DNA of 64,000 bases from Trypanosoma brucei. Lineage: Eukaryota. Every line of letters begins with the position of its first letter. Position 1 is the stretch's first letter. This document shows, piece by piece, positions 9,839-19,758 of the stretch. The notes beneath the pieces were generated by a model. It made no database searches. It had not been told where the DNA came from and worked only from the letters and a program-made list of their open reading frames with translations. The translations under genes were made by a program, and so were the position numbers. The DNA lies in the NCBI GenBank assembly GCA_000002445.1, contig CH464491.1, positions 3,008,001-3,072,000 of the forward strand, in the 5' to 3' direction.

Positions 9839-11815
9839 ATGCCTGACAGCGAGGGTGCAGCTTCCATTCACGATGAGCGTCCTTCTGAAGTTCCAGAGGG
9901 CGGCTCTCCACTCGGTGAAGCAGCTATCACTTCAACGGCTAACGGCCATTCCAAGGTGAAGAGACGACGGATTCTTCAAAGGGAGATAGACAAATTCCGG
10001 CAGCAGAGTATTGAAAACGCGAAACAAACTGTAAGCAGAATAAAGGCGAGCGAAGTCGAGGTGAAGAGACGACGTGAACAGGATGCTGAGACGAGGGCAA
10101 AAAGGGCTGAAGATGTGAAGAAATCTTTGGAGGAGGAGCGTCTTTTTCTACAAAAGGTGCGTGAAAGGGAGGAGCAACGCAAGGTTGCCCAGGTTAAACT
10201 CCTTCGGACAAGCACTCCGCCACGCGAAGAGGTTAGAAGACGTATCGAGGAAGACCGCAGGAAAAACCGAGAGCGTGTACAAGCTGAGAGTGAGAAACTT
10301 CTGGCTGCTGCACGTGAGGAGGAGGAGAGGCGAATGGAGATGATCCTTAAGAGGAAGCAAGAGGAGGAGGAGGCCCCACGGAAACAGCGAAATGCTGAGC
10401 TGGAAAGGAAGGCAAAGGAGCTTGAGAACCTCAAGAAATCGTTGGAAAGGGACCGCCAGGCTATTCGGAAAGCACGTGAGGAGGAGGAGCGACGCAAAGC
10501 GCGGGAGGTGCGGATACTTCGCAGGATTGAAAAAGACTGGTGCGCGGAGGCTGTGAAAGAGTCTTTGGAGCATCGGCGAAAGATCAAAGAGCGTGTACAA
10601 GCTGAGAGTGAGAAACTTCTGGCTGCTGCACGTGAGGAGGAGGAGAGGCGAATGGAGATGATCCTTAAGAGGAAGCAAGGTGAGGAGGATGGCCCACGAC
10701 GGGTGCAAGAGTCTGAGCTTGAGAAGCAAAGGAAGGCAAAGGAGCTTGAGAACCTCAAGAAATCTTTGGAGGAGGAGCGTCTTTTTCTCAGAAAGATGCG
10801 CGAAGAGGAGGAGCAACGCAAGGTTGCCCAGGTTAAACTCCTTCGGACAAGCACTCCGCCACGCGAAGAGGTTAGAAGACGCATCGAGGAAGACCGCAGG
10901 AAAAACCGAGAGCGTGTACAAGCTGAGAGTGAGAAACTTCTGGCTGCTGCACGTGAGGAGGAGGAGAGGCGAAGGAAGATGATCCTTCAGAAAAAACAAG
11001 GGGAGGAGGAGGCCCCACGGAAACAGCGAAACGCTGAGCTGGAAAGGAAGGCAAAGGAGCTTGAGAACCTCAAGAAATCGTTGGAAAGGGACCGCCAGGC
11101 TATTCGGAAAGCACGTGAGGAGGAGGAGCAACGCAAGGTTGCCCAGGTTAAACTCCTTCGGACAAGCACTCCGCCACGCGAAGAGGTTAGAAGACGCATC
11201 GAGGAAGACCGCAGGAAAAACCGAGAGCGTGTACAAGCTGAGAGTGAGAAACTTCTGGCTGCTGCACGTGAGGCAGAGGAGAGGCGAATGGAGATGATCC
11301 TTAAGAGGAAGCAAGGTGAGGAGGATGGCCCACGACGGGTGCAAGAGTCTGAGCTTGAGAAGCAAAGGAAGGCAAAGGAGCTTGAGAACCTCAAGAGGCG
11401 TCTGGAGAAGGATCGTCTTGCCCTGCAGAAGATTCGTAAGGAGGACGACAGCGTTGACGAGACCGCATTGGCGGAGAATGGAATCGTGGAACTGCTTGAA
11501 GTCGCCCACGCTGTCGTCGAGGAAGGGGAAAAGGTTCTGCTGCAAAGAAAGCATACCACCAGGGAGGCCAGCACGCCGAGGCGCATGGAAGTGGAGAAGA
11601 AGAAAGCGAAGGCAGTGGAGGATATAAAGAAAGCCCTTGAGGAAGAGCGCTTGGCTCGGCAGAAGGAACGTGAGCAGGAGGTCCAACGCAAGGCGGAGCA
11701 GGTTCGACTGTTACGCGAGAAGATGAAGCAGCGACGCGAGGACCTGCTGAGGGCGCAGGAGGAAAAAAGGAAAAAGGCAGCTGAGGGCATTTGGGAGTTC
11801 GTGCCCGTTTCGTAG
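9839..11815 (+). CDS. Charged (E/K/R-rich) coiled-coil protein with internal tandem repeats
   Basis: 658-aa ORF. The motifs ERVQAESEKLLAAAREEEERRMEMILKRKQ, KAKELENLKKSLE and QRKVAQVKLLRTSTPPREEVRRRIEEDRRKNR recur four times. Confidence 0.7.
   Translation: MPDSEGAASIHDERPSEVPEGGSPLGEAAITSTANGHSKVKRRRILQREIDKFRQQSIENAKQTVSRIKASEVEVKRRREQDAETRAKRAEDVKKSLEEERLFLQKVREREEQRKVAQVKLLRTSTPPREEVRRRIEEDRRKNRERVQAESEKLLAAAREEEERRMEMILKRKQEEEEAPRKQRNAELERKAKELENLKKSLERDRQAIRKAREEEERRKAREVRILRRIEKDWCAEAVKESLEHRRKIKERVQAESEKLLAAAREEEERRMEMILKRKQGEEDGPRRVQESELEKQRKAKELENLKKSLEEERLFLRKMREEEEQRKVAQVKLLRTSTPPREEVRRRIEEDRRKNRERVQAESEKLLAAAREEEERRRKMILQKKQGEEEAPRKQRNAELERKAKELENLKKSLERDRQAIRKAREEEEQRKVAQVKLLRTSTPPREEVRRRIEEDRRKNRERVQAESEKLLAAAREAEERRMEMILKRKQGEEDGPRRVQESELEKQRKAKELENLKRRLEKDRLALQKIRKEDDSVDETALAENGIVELLEVAHAVVEEGEKVLLQRKHTTREASTPRRMEVEKKKAKAVEDIKKALEEERLARQKEREQEVQRKAEQVRLLREKMKQRREDLLRAQEEKRKKAAEGIWEFVPVS
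10130..11400 (+). repeat. Intragenic tandem repeat of about 4 units of 315-321 bp (~106 aa). Two alternating subtypes give a higher-order period of ~637 bp.
   Basis: The anchor agagcgtgtacaagctgagagtgagaaacttctggctgctgcacgtgagg recurs at 10270, 10588, 10909 and 11224. Confidence 0.75.
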
Positions 11816-13875
11816 AATATCTTCCGTTCGTACTCTCGTGAATGTTGGGACACTTTCTCGTTTTATTTTTGCTTTTTCTACTTGCTTTATCCACACTTTC
11901 TTTCCATGGGTGGATATTCCTTTTTATTTTTGTGCGGTGGTCTAAAAAGATGCTGAGTGGGAAAAGTTGCTGTTATTACTGAAAGTATATGTTTATGTTG
12001 AAACAAAAAAAAAAGAGGCAACAATTAAAATGTCTCATTTTTTCCATGAAGGCCTCTTTTACGAGAAGAAAGGATATATAACTGGCGGTTGAGGTCGTGT
12101 GCCTCAACCCCGGACGGTTTCTGTTTTTTGTTTTTAATCCCTTTTTGGTCACCAACGTGATCATTGTATCTGCTCGTCGTTGGTGCCGTGGTGATAAAAG
12201 TACGTTTAGGTGATGCGAAGCACGATGTAGGGAAGATGTGGTGGTGGCTGCGCTTGTATATGGACGTTGGGTTGAGGTTTTGCCGAATATACATATTTTT
12301 TTTTTCTACCGTTGCCCCCCCCCTCCCCACCACTTCTGAAATATTGGGAAGGCGAAAGTGTGAAGTGTTTGAGAAGTGGAGGATTGTGCCATGGCAGGCT
12401 TGTAATTTTGCGGTAGCCACGGCAGGTGAGTTGCTGCTGTGGGCGTGGGCGTGGGCGTGTGTATGTTGCTCGTACAATTGTTCTCTTGTTATTTTACGTG
12501 AGAGCATCTGCAGAGCACTAGCTCACGTCCAACCTTCTTCACTCCATGTAATGCTTAAGTTTTAATTTCACTCCTTTTTCTTTGTCAAAACCTACCCTGT
12601 TTTCACACGTCTTTACGCATCTCTTCCTTCTTTTCGAATTCGGTGTAATTTGTCTGTGTTGCTGTTTTACCTTCTTTTGGGGAATAACTTCTCAAATAAC
12701 TAAACAGGGAAGGAGGAGACGACATGAGGAAAGAACTCTGCAGGGCAAATGTGTAGAATCTCTGTTATACGTACGCCAAAAGACTTGTTCGTACAGAGCC
12801 AGAGGGGGTGATGATAAATTTTCTTGAAGATAGAGGAGAGTTAATGCATTTTTCATCTCATCCCTTTCCTTTTTCATCCCTCGTTTTTCCTCCTATTTGA
12901 TGTTTTCCTCCGCGGTGTTTCCGTAGCCGAACATGTCGTGTGGTGTGTGAAGGGGTGCGATCCTTTTCCCCATCATCAACAATGAAACAAGAGGAATGTG
13001 AAAAAGATAGGTGAAAGAACAGAGAGGAAAAGGGTGAGAAAACTGTGAGGGGGGGCCGTTTGGGCCAAGCAGCCCGTCTCATCGTGCCTTTCATACCTAT
13101 CGAATGTGGTGGTGTACCCCCTATCTTTTCTGTTTCTGTAAGGGGAATCTGACGGTACCCCTCTCTCTCTCTGTATGTGTGTGTGTAATTTCCTTTTGCC
13201 CTGCTTCCTGAGCCACAGCGGCCTCGAGGTGTAACTGAGCGTGATGTCTCTGCCTTCCCCTAGGCGGGGTCGGATGTAACTTTATGTGGAGAAAGAGATA
13301 GCCGATCGACTGATTTTGAAAGAAAAGAAGCCTTACCTCCATGTCTCGGAATTAGGGATGTGCCTGTACACGTATCTATGTATTTAAATGTAGTTGTGTT
13401 TAACATGGAGGGAAGAAAAGGAGGGAACAATGAAAGGACAGCAGACGGTGAGGGTAATGTGACACAATGTGATTGTAGGCACTCACTTGTACGGTAAGTG
13501 GAAGTGTTAGGTAGCAGATACGGATAAACATTTGCTGCCGGAGGAAGCAGTTTGGGGTTGTGGTGACTTTTCTTCTTTCTTTCTATTTTTTCTCTATTTT
13601 GCTGTTGTGGTTGTCAATGAAAAATGGTAGGAGAAGGTGCCGCTGCGCGCACTTTTTTGTTTCTCTTGTTATTTGGCTTTCAGATTTTATACCATATCTG
13701 TACTCTCACTGCAGCGGTTGCCTGTATTCTGTTGCACACCCTGTGGCACAAAGTCGCCCAAAACAACGGGAAACATTGCTTTGTGCATGCTACGGACGGG
13801 TAAAGTTTCGATAATACCATTTCGTACCTCACTGTTCCGTAAGCTTCAGGCACAGCCACCAGGATATTTGACACC

Positions 13876-13912
13876 TATCATTTTTTTATATTTCTTTTTT
13901 TTTTCCAATTTC
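13876..13912 (+). promoter_or_regulatory. Polypyrimidine tract upstream of the GGCT-PGM fusion gene
   Basis: tttttttatatttctttttttttttccaatttc lies immediately 5' of the ATGs at 13928 and 13940. Confidence 0.4.
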
Positions 13913-13927
13913 AAAAGCGTCAACTTC

Positions 13928-16030
13928 ATGAGGAATGCGATGGCGGATGCGACGAGCAGCCACTTGGAAGGACCCACCACTCTTGTGTTTGTCTATGGTA
14001 CTCTCCAGCGTGGAGAGAACAACTACCCCTGGTGGTTGGCCAACCCACGGCATGCCGCCTTCATTACTGTGGCGATAACTAGGAGGCGGTATCCATTATT
14101 TGTCAACCTGCTTCCTGGGAGCAGTTCCTGTTCGCCCTGTTTACTCAACCTTCCGGAAGAAGGGGAGGAAGATTTTCCCGAAGGTAGTTTTGCAGGTGTT
14201 GATAGTGACGGTCGTGTGACGGCGCATCATGTCGTGGGTGAATTGTTTGCGGTCACGGAAACTATGAAACGGTGGCTTGATGTGCTGGAGGACGTGGAAA
14301 CAGGGTTATATAGCGTTGGTACCATAGATGTTGTTCCCCTCGGCAACGCGCAGTTTGTAGAGAGAGTACTGCTTGTCGGGGAGGGCGAGGCGATACGTGC
14401 GCTGGTTTACTTCCGTGAAAGGGATTATTCAGAGGACTGGAGGAGCCCTAGTCCCAAGTGCGGCTCGACGTTGTTGAGGCGATTTTCAGCATCGGAATGC
14501 GTGCGGATTTATGGTCACCGTTTCACTGGGTCGCCTGCCCACCTCCGGGGGGCGGTGGGGTTGAGGGAAGGCCTTGAGCGGATTGGTCACCGGAGTCCCA
14601 CAGCTACCCCCGTCAACCCGAAGCCCATCGTACTATTCATTATTGACGGGATTGGGGACGTCTCATATCCGGGGTTGGGTCATCGCACCCCTCTTGAGGT
14701 CGTCTCCGGTTGTCCCTCCCGTGGCGAGGGTAGTGGCGGCACTGGTCAAGGCGACGATGAAACATTCGATAAATTTGTAGCCCCTGGAATCAATGTGGTG
14801 ACACGACATGGTGTCAGTGGTGTCATGGATGTTTTTGAAGCTGGTGTCACTTGCGGCAGCGATACGGCACACTTGTCAATTTTCGGCTATCCCCCCCAGC
14901 AGTATTACAGGGGTCGCGGAGCATATGAAGCCTTGGGAGCGGGGTTGCACCTCGATGAGGGTGATATCGCCTTCAAATGTAATTTTTCTGTTTTAGATGA
15001 GAAGACAGGCATCGTGCTGAAGCGGCGCTGCGATCGCGACTTCACACGTGAGGGACCAATTCTTTGCGAGTTCCTTGACGGTCTGGTCGTTGAAGTCGAG
15101 CCCGAACACGAGATAGGCGAAGTGAAGACCCACACGCTGAAGGTGCGCTACGCGACAGAGCACCGCTGCGGTGTGGCCATCACTGGTAACGGCCTCTCAC
15201 ATAAGATCACAGGGACAGATCCTCTCGCTGATGATCGTCCGCTGCTTCACTGCAAACCGACTGTGTCACCTGGCCACGAGGAGTACGAGGCGGCACTTTA
15301 CACTAGCCGTGTTGTCAATGCGGCATCGGAGCGTGTGAACGAGTTACTGCGGTGCCACCCAATTAACGAAACCCGGCGCGTAGAAGGGAAACAAGTTGCA
15401 AATATTGTTCTTTTCCGCGGTGCCTCAAACAAGGGATGGGTTCCACCGTTTACGGTACGCCATGGACTTAACGGCTTCATCGTGAGTCCCACATGCATCA
15501 TAAAAGGATTAGGCATCTGTTGTGGACTAAGCTCCGTGGATGCGGAGGGGGCTACTGGCGATTGGGACACAAATGTCAACGCCAAAGTGGATGCCGTACT
15601 AAAGGAACTGGGAGTTGCGAATTTGTTGGAGAAAGGTAGCGGTGATAATACCGAAGAAATCACTGCATCTCCATACAATTTTGCTGTGCTCCATGTGAAG
15701 GGTGTCGATGACGCTGGGCATGAGTGCAGTTTAACGCACAAATTGGTGATGCTGAAGAAGTGTGGTGATGCCATGCAGCGGTTGTGGGATGCCCTTCCGA
15801 CCGGAAGCACAATGGTAGTGTTGGCAGACCATTCCACACCAATTTCGCTAGGGGACCACAGCTGTGAACCGGTGCCCGTTTCTCTGGCAACTAAGGGGTC
15901 TGAAATCACGGATGGTGTGCAGTTCTATAGCGAGGTCGAATGTGTTGCAGGAGCTCTCGGACGGTTCCGCGGTGAGGTTCTAATGGACGTTGTCAAGCGT
16001 GCGCACCATTGGTATCACTACCGCCAGTAA
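13928..16030 (+). CDS. Fusion protein: an N-terminal gamma-glutamyl cyclotransferase (AIG2/GGACT-like) domain and a C-terminal archaeal-type 2,3-bisphosphoglycerate-independent phosphoglycerate mutase (apgM) domain of the alkaline-phosphatase-like metalloenzyme superfamily. The listed ORF starts at 13637.
   Basis: The N-terminus has LVFVYGTLQRGENNYPWW and the GELF...LDVLEDVETGLYSV pattern of the AIG2/GGACT fold. The C-terminal half has apgM-like motifs: PIVLFIIDGIGD, GHRTPLEVV, APGINVV, GSDTAHLSIFGYPP, RGRGAYEALGAGL, DIAFKCNF, LHVKGVDDAGHE and VLADHSTPISLGDHSCEPVP. The ORF stretch upstream of 13928 is pyrimidine tract. Confidence 0.75.
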   Translation: MRNAMADATSSHLEGPTTLVFVYGTLQRGENNYPWWLANPRHAAFITVAITRRRYPLFVNLLPGSSSCSPCLLNLPEEGEEDFPEGSFAGVDSDGRVTAHHVVGELFAVTETMKRWLDVLEDVETGLYSVGTIDVVPLGNAQFVERVLLVGEGEAIRALVYFRERDYSEDWRSPSPKCGSTLLRRFSASECVRIYGHRFTGSPAHLRGAVGLREGLERIGHRSPTATPVNPKPIVLFIIDGIGDVSYPGLGHRTPLEVVSGCPSRGEGSGGTGQGDDETFDKFVAPGINVVTRHGVSGVMDVFEAGVTCGSDTAHLSIFGYPPQQYYRGRGAYEALGAGLHLDEGDIAFKCNFSVLDEKTGIVLKRRCDRDFTREGPILCEFLDGLVVEVEPEHEIGEVKTHTLKVRYATEHRCGVAITGNGLSHKITGTDPLADDRPLLHCKPTVSPGHEEYEAALYTSRVVNAASERVNELLRCHPINETRRVEGKQVANIVLFRGASNKGWVPPFTVRHGLNGFIVSPTCIIKGLGICCGLSSVDAEGATGDWDTNVNAKVDAVLKELGVANLLEKGSGDNTEEITASPYNFAVLHVKGVDDAGHECSLTHKLVMLKKCGDAMQRLWDALPTGSTMVVLADHSTPISLGDHSCEPVPVSLATKGSEITDGVQFYSEVECVAGALGRFRGEVLMDVVKRAHHWYHYRQ

Positions 16031-16601
16031 CGGTGCAGCTGCCACAACTAATAAGCATGCGGGGGAAGAAAAATTTTCTTCTTGTGGATGCTTATCGGAT
16101 GCTCATCGCACACCGTTGGAAGAGTCAGGGTCGCTGGGGCGGTGCCTCCCGTGTAACTTCCACCGCGAGTCGGTTCCTCGTATATGCACTCGTAAATACG
16201 CTTTCTGTACTGTTTCCCCCTGAATCAGCACCTGTAAGTACTGTAGTTACCGCCATCTGCCGTCTTCTTTTTCTTATTTCGTGTGACTACTGATGTTTCC
16301 AGCCGGGGGCAACGAGCTTGCTTATATTTTTTTTTGCCAGGAGACTCTTCAGTAGGGGCGAAGGTTAATCAGGTATAGGAAAGAGAAAGCATATATTCCC
16401 TATCTGTTGTTTTGTACTCGATTCCGTGCCGAAGGTGCTAGCAAACTTTAAGTAAAGCGCGCACTGGTGCTGTTTGCTCCTTTGCCCTCGCGGCCGACGT
16501 CACCGTAATAGGAACTGCCCAGGAAGGAGCAGAGATCGGCCTGGGAAGCGTCAAAATCCCAACCCCAGCGGACTGTTTGCCGAGATGTAAACAACTCTGC
16601 G

Positions 16602-18392
16602 GTGGCAGGGGATGAGGAAGATGGGGGCGAGGAGGTTGGCGGAGATGGCAGTAGTGGTAGTAGAGACAGTAGTTATAATCAACCGCCTAATACTATTATG
16701 AACGATCTGTCCGCAGTCGGCGACCGCAGCAGCAGCGCAGTGACGGAAGGTAGTGCAATCTCTAGTGGCTCTGGTGGCACCGCGGCGGCTACAAGCAGCG
16801 ATTGTACTCCAACCACCTCCCGTGCTCGAAGTGTGGTTCAGGAGCAGCTGTCTCGGACAACTTCACTTCTTGAAGATGTCCATCCGTGTGTGCAGGCAAC
16901 TGGTGGTGACCTTGGTAAGGACTCGACGAGTGACCTGGGTTGCCCCTATGCGGTTACAGTCGGAAGGACGCCCCACCGGGAGCTGGGGCCGCCCCCCTCA
17001 GGGGGGGGTTCGGCGACGACGCTAAACACTGGGAATTCTGAAGTCCCTGCGGCGACGCATCTCCCCCAACAAGGCGGGGAGCATGAGCTGAACCTCGATG
17101 CGTGCATTCATCCCAAACAAGTGGCCTTTCTCACTGGAATCGGGGAAATGGTACGGCAGCATGCTCGTCAGCACAGGCAGCAGAACCGCGCCACCAGGAG
17201 ACGTGACGACGCCTCGGCATGCAGCAGCTCCTGTTCCGACACAGAACGTCATGCAGCCCGACTTTCTGTTGGAGCACTGATTAGCGCTGAAGGACAGCGC
17301 GTTCGCATGCATCTTGTGCAGGCAGCAGCTTCGGCGTCGTCATCTGGTTGCCAAGCGGACAGCAGTAGCTCCGAAAAACGGAGTTGCGAGGGAATTTGTG
17401 GCCGCTATCAGACAGCCTTCAGTCTTTGCACAATTATTTCTGCCTTTCAACCCCGTAAGGCTTCCTATTGGCAGGATGACCACCTTGTGGAGCCCTATCA
17501 CGGCGAAAGTTATGGACCCATTGCACAGCGCTCTCGTTTCAATAAAAGCGATGACAACAGCGTTAGTGGGGAAAGGGACGATGATGTTAACAGAAGTGGT
17601 CCCGCGGCCGACGGTGGCCTTCTGTGCAATGCCGCGTCCTCCGCGGAGAACGGCGACTATAACGATGAGAACTTTGAACCAGCAGACGGCGCACCGAGCG
17701 ATGTTGCGGATGATGATCGTGCGATGAGATCCTACGGCAAGATGCTGATCCACAATGGTTGTCGCAGCGACAATGTCTTTAGTGACGCCTTTTTCCTCGA
17801 TAAGGGCAACATTACCGGTGGAGAGCGACGCAAGAAGCTGATCGTTTTGCACTCCTACCGTGCCTCTGTTATCTCTTTTGTTGACAAAAAAGTTCTGAAG
17901 AAGGACATCAACAATCACTTCTACGTTCAGCACCCAGAGTTGGAGGTTCGTGAAATCAAGCTAACTCACATGCGAGCTATACGCACGGATTTGCTGAATC
18001 TCGCGTTGGAAGAGAATTCTCCAGTTGAATTAGCCACCGTGGCGTATGCAAACTGGTACTTTGAGCGGCTTATCATGCGCGGAATGGTTGGTAAGCGGAA
18101 CCGTCGTCTTGCGCTTGCCGTCTGTCTTTTGTTGGCAATCAAATTTGTCGAGACAGGTGATGTACACCGCAAGATACAGTATCTGAAGGCGCGCATTCGG
18201 CACGACGACGCATTCAAGGGGGTGACGTGGCAGAAAACACAAGAGTGGGAGTTCTGTGCGTACGTTGGGCTCGAGTTTACACTTCTTCCTTCCCCCGGAA
18301 ACCGTGTTGTCGAAACTCACCTGGAGCGGTTACTTGCTCAAGTGAACTTGACATCCCAAGAGTATTACAGTAAGAAGTTTGCGTGGCCCTAA
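16602..18392 (+). CDS. Cyclin-box protein (PHO80-like or other cyclin) with a long low-complexity N-terminal extension
   Basis: In the 596-aa ORF, the C-terminal ~180 aa resemble a cyclin fold: MRAIRTDLLNLALEENSPVELATVAYANWYFERLIMRGMVGKRNRRLALAVCLLLAIKFVE. The N-terminal 380 aa are S/A/G-rich. Confidence 0.55.
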   Translation: MAGDEEDGGEEVGGDGSSGSRDSSYNQPPNTIMNDLSAVGDRSSSAVTEGSAISSGSGGTAAATSSDCTPTTSRARSVVQEQLSRTTSLLEDVHPCVQATGGDLGKDSTSDLGCPYAVTVGRTPHRELGPPPSGGGSATTLNTGNSEVPAATHLPQQGGEHELNLDACIHPKQVAFLTGIGEMVRQHARQHRQQNRATRRRDDASACSSSCSDTERHAARLSVGALISAEGQRVRMHLVQAAASASSSGCQADSSSSEKRSCEGICGRYQTAFSLCTIISAFQPRKASYWQDDHLVEPYHGESYGPIAQRSRFNKSDDNSVSGERDDDVNRSGPAADGGLLCNAASSAENGDYNDENFEPADGAPSDVADDDRAMRSYGKMLIHNGCRSDNVFSDAFFLDKGNITGGERRKKLIVLHSYRASVISFVDKKVLKKDINNHFYVQHPELEVREIKLTHMRAIRTDLLNLALEENSPVELATVAYANWYFERLIMRGMVGKRNRRLALAVCLLLAIKFVETGDVHRKIQYLKARIRHDDAFKGVTWQKTQEWEFCAYVGLEFTLLPSPGNRVVETHLERLLAQVNLTSQEYYSKKFAWP

Positions 18393-18662
18393 TGACAGTT
18401 AGACGAGGAAAAGTAGGAGTAGTGAAGGCATAAGGAGATAACACGGTTTGGAGTAGGAAGTACAGATATAAAGCACGAGAGAAAGAAGGAAAAAACCATT
18501 GGCAGAGATAAACCTTGGGATACAGGAAGTGCTTGTTGACGTGTTAAGGGAGACGACTCTTCCGTTACTATACTATGCAGTCAAGGTTACTAGTGGAAAC
18601 AAGGAGAGGTAATTTTTTTTTTTGAATCTGCGGCGATGGCTGCGCTTGACTTCTAATTCTTC

Positions 18663-18673
18663 GGGGGGGGGGG
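18663..18673. repeat. G11 homopolymer in an intergenic region
   Basis: tcggggggggggggagtagag. Confidence 0.9.
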
Positions 18674-19758
18674 AGTAGAGGGAGAAAGGATAAAAGAAGG
18701 GTGTAGCAAGGACGGTTCAAAATAGCAGCTCCCCGCCCCTGTATTCACAGCCTGCCCGTCCGGAACGTATATGACTGCATGTCAGTATCTGTGTGAGTTT
18801 CTCGTGACATGAAAGATGGGGCTGGGCGGAAGTTGCTGTAGCACCACGTGAACCGTGGGTGAGAAAGACAAAAACAGCTCAGTATCGCCCGACTGGCTTC
18901 CGGATCCTCCGCATCTCGGTTGTCATTCATTTTTTTTATTTTTATTTGTTTTCCATCGGCAGACGCTAGAGAGAGATTTGTGAGGATTGTAGAAGCGAAG
19001 GGAGAGGAGCGATGGTACATTTCCAAGTATTAACGACTGCGTGGGTGGTGGTAAATGACAGTGAGGCTCCATGGGTTGAGGAGAAAAAGAGAGAACATGG
19101 AAAAGTGCTAGTTGTAGTTGAGCTATGGAGAGCACATTCTCAAGTGTTACGCACGTTTAGCCGCGTAAACTTTTGTTGTTTTAGAGTACGCATGCTTCGC
19201 TTCCATCACTTCCGCAGTCATCGCTTTCTTTGCCTTTTGTTGCACAGCTTCATTTGTTGATTTTGCGACTGCAAATAATGTGTAACTCAGCGGACGCGTC
19301 GTCCAAAGGAAAAAAAAACAACAACAACTCAGGGGCGCAAGAAAGCGAGACTCGCTGCCGTTTTCGTTGGTGTGCGGTGGATTGAATAAACTCTTTGCAA
19401 TCAGGAAGGTGTGTGTATCAGTCTCAGTTTTATCCTCCTCACTACATGCTCATGTAGAGCTATTGCTTCGGTGTTTCGGGAGGGGGTAATGTTTTATTCT
19501 CCCTTTTGGCGTTGTTCTGGTTTCCAATCTGCAGAGAGAATCTTTTGTTGCCGCAACCGTTAACGATCTTTGATTCGCATGAATATTACCGATGAACGGT
19601 GATACATTCGTAGTTGTTTGTTCTTTTATGTGTTTCATACTGAGAGCAGGTACCTATGAATTGCTTACAGCTAAGAGTAGTGTCAATTCGCAACGAAAGG
19701 GTGTAGTCGGTGGAAAATAAAGCGTGGGTAGCTCGTTTGGTTTGGGAAGGACTCGCCG

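Noticed and set aside
10148-11686. 512-aa ORF on the minus strand (with further minus-strand ORFs at 9976..10884 and 10987..11853)
   Set aside because: These are antisense read-through of the GAG/AAG-rich repetitive coding strand. The product is Leu/Ser low-complexity and repeats with the same period as the + strand gene. The minus-strand orientation is also inconsistent with the unidirectional gene array.
12164-12565. 133-aa ORF and others in the 2.1-kb gap
   Set aside because: Low-complexity translation (poly-F, WWW and similar) with no conservation signal. Treated as non-coding.
12806-12900. Possible C/D snoRNA (C-box-like gtgatgat)
   Set aside because: I could not find a convincing D box (ctga) at the right distance or terminal stem complementarity. 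Mentioned only as a pointer for RNA-seq.
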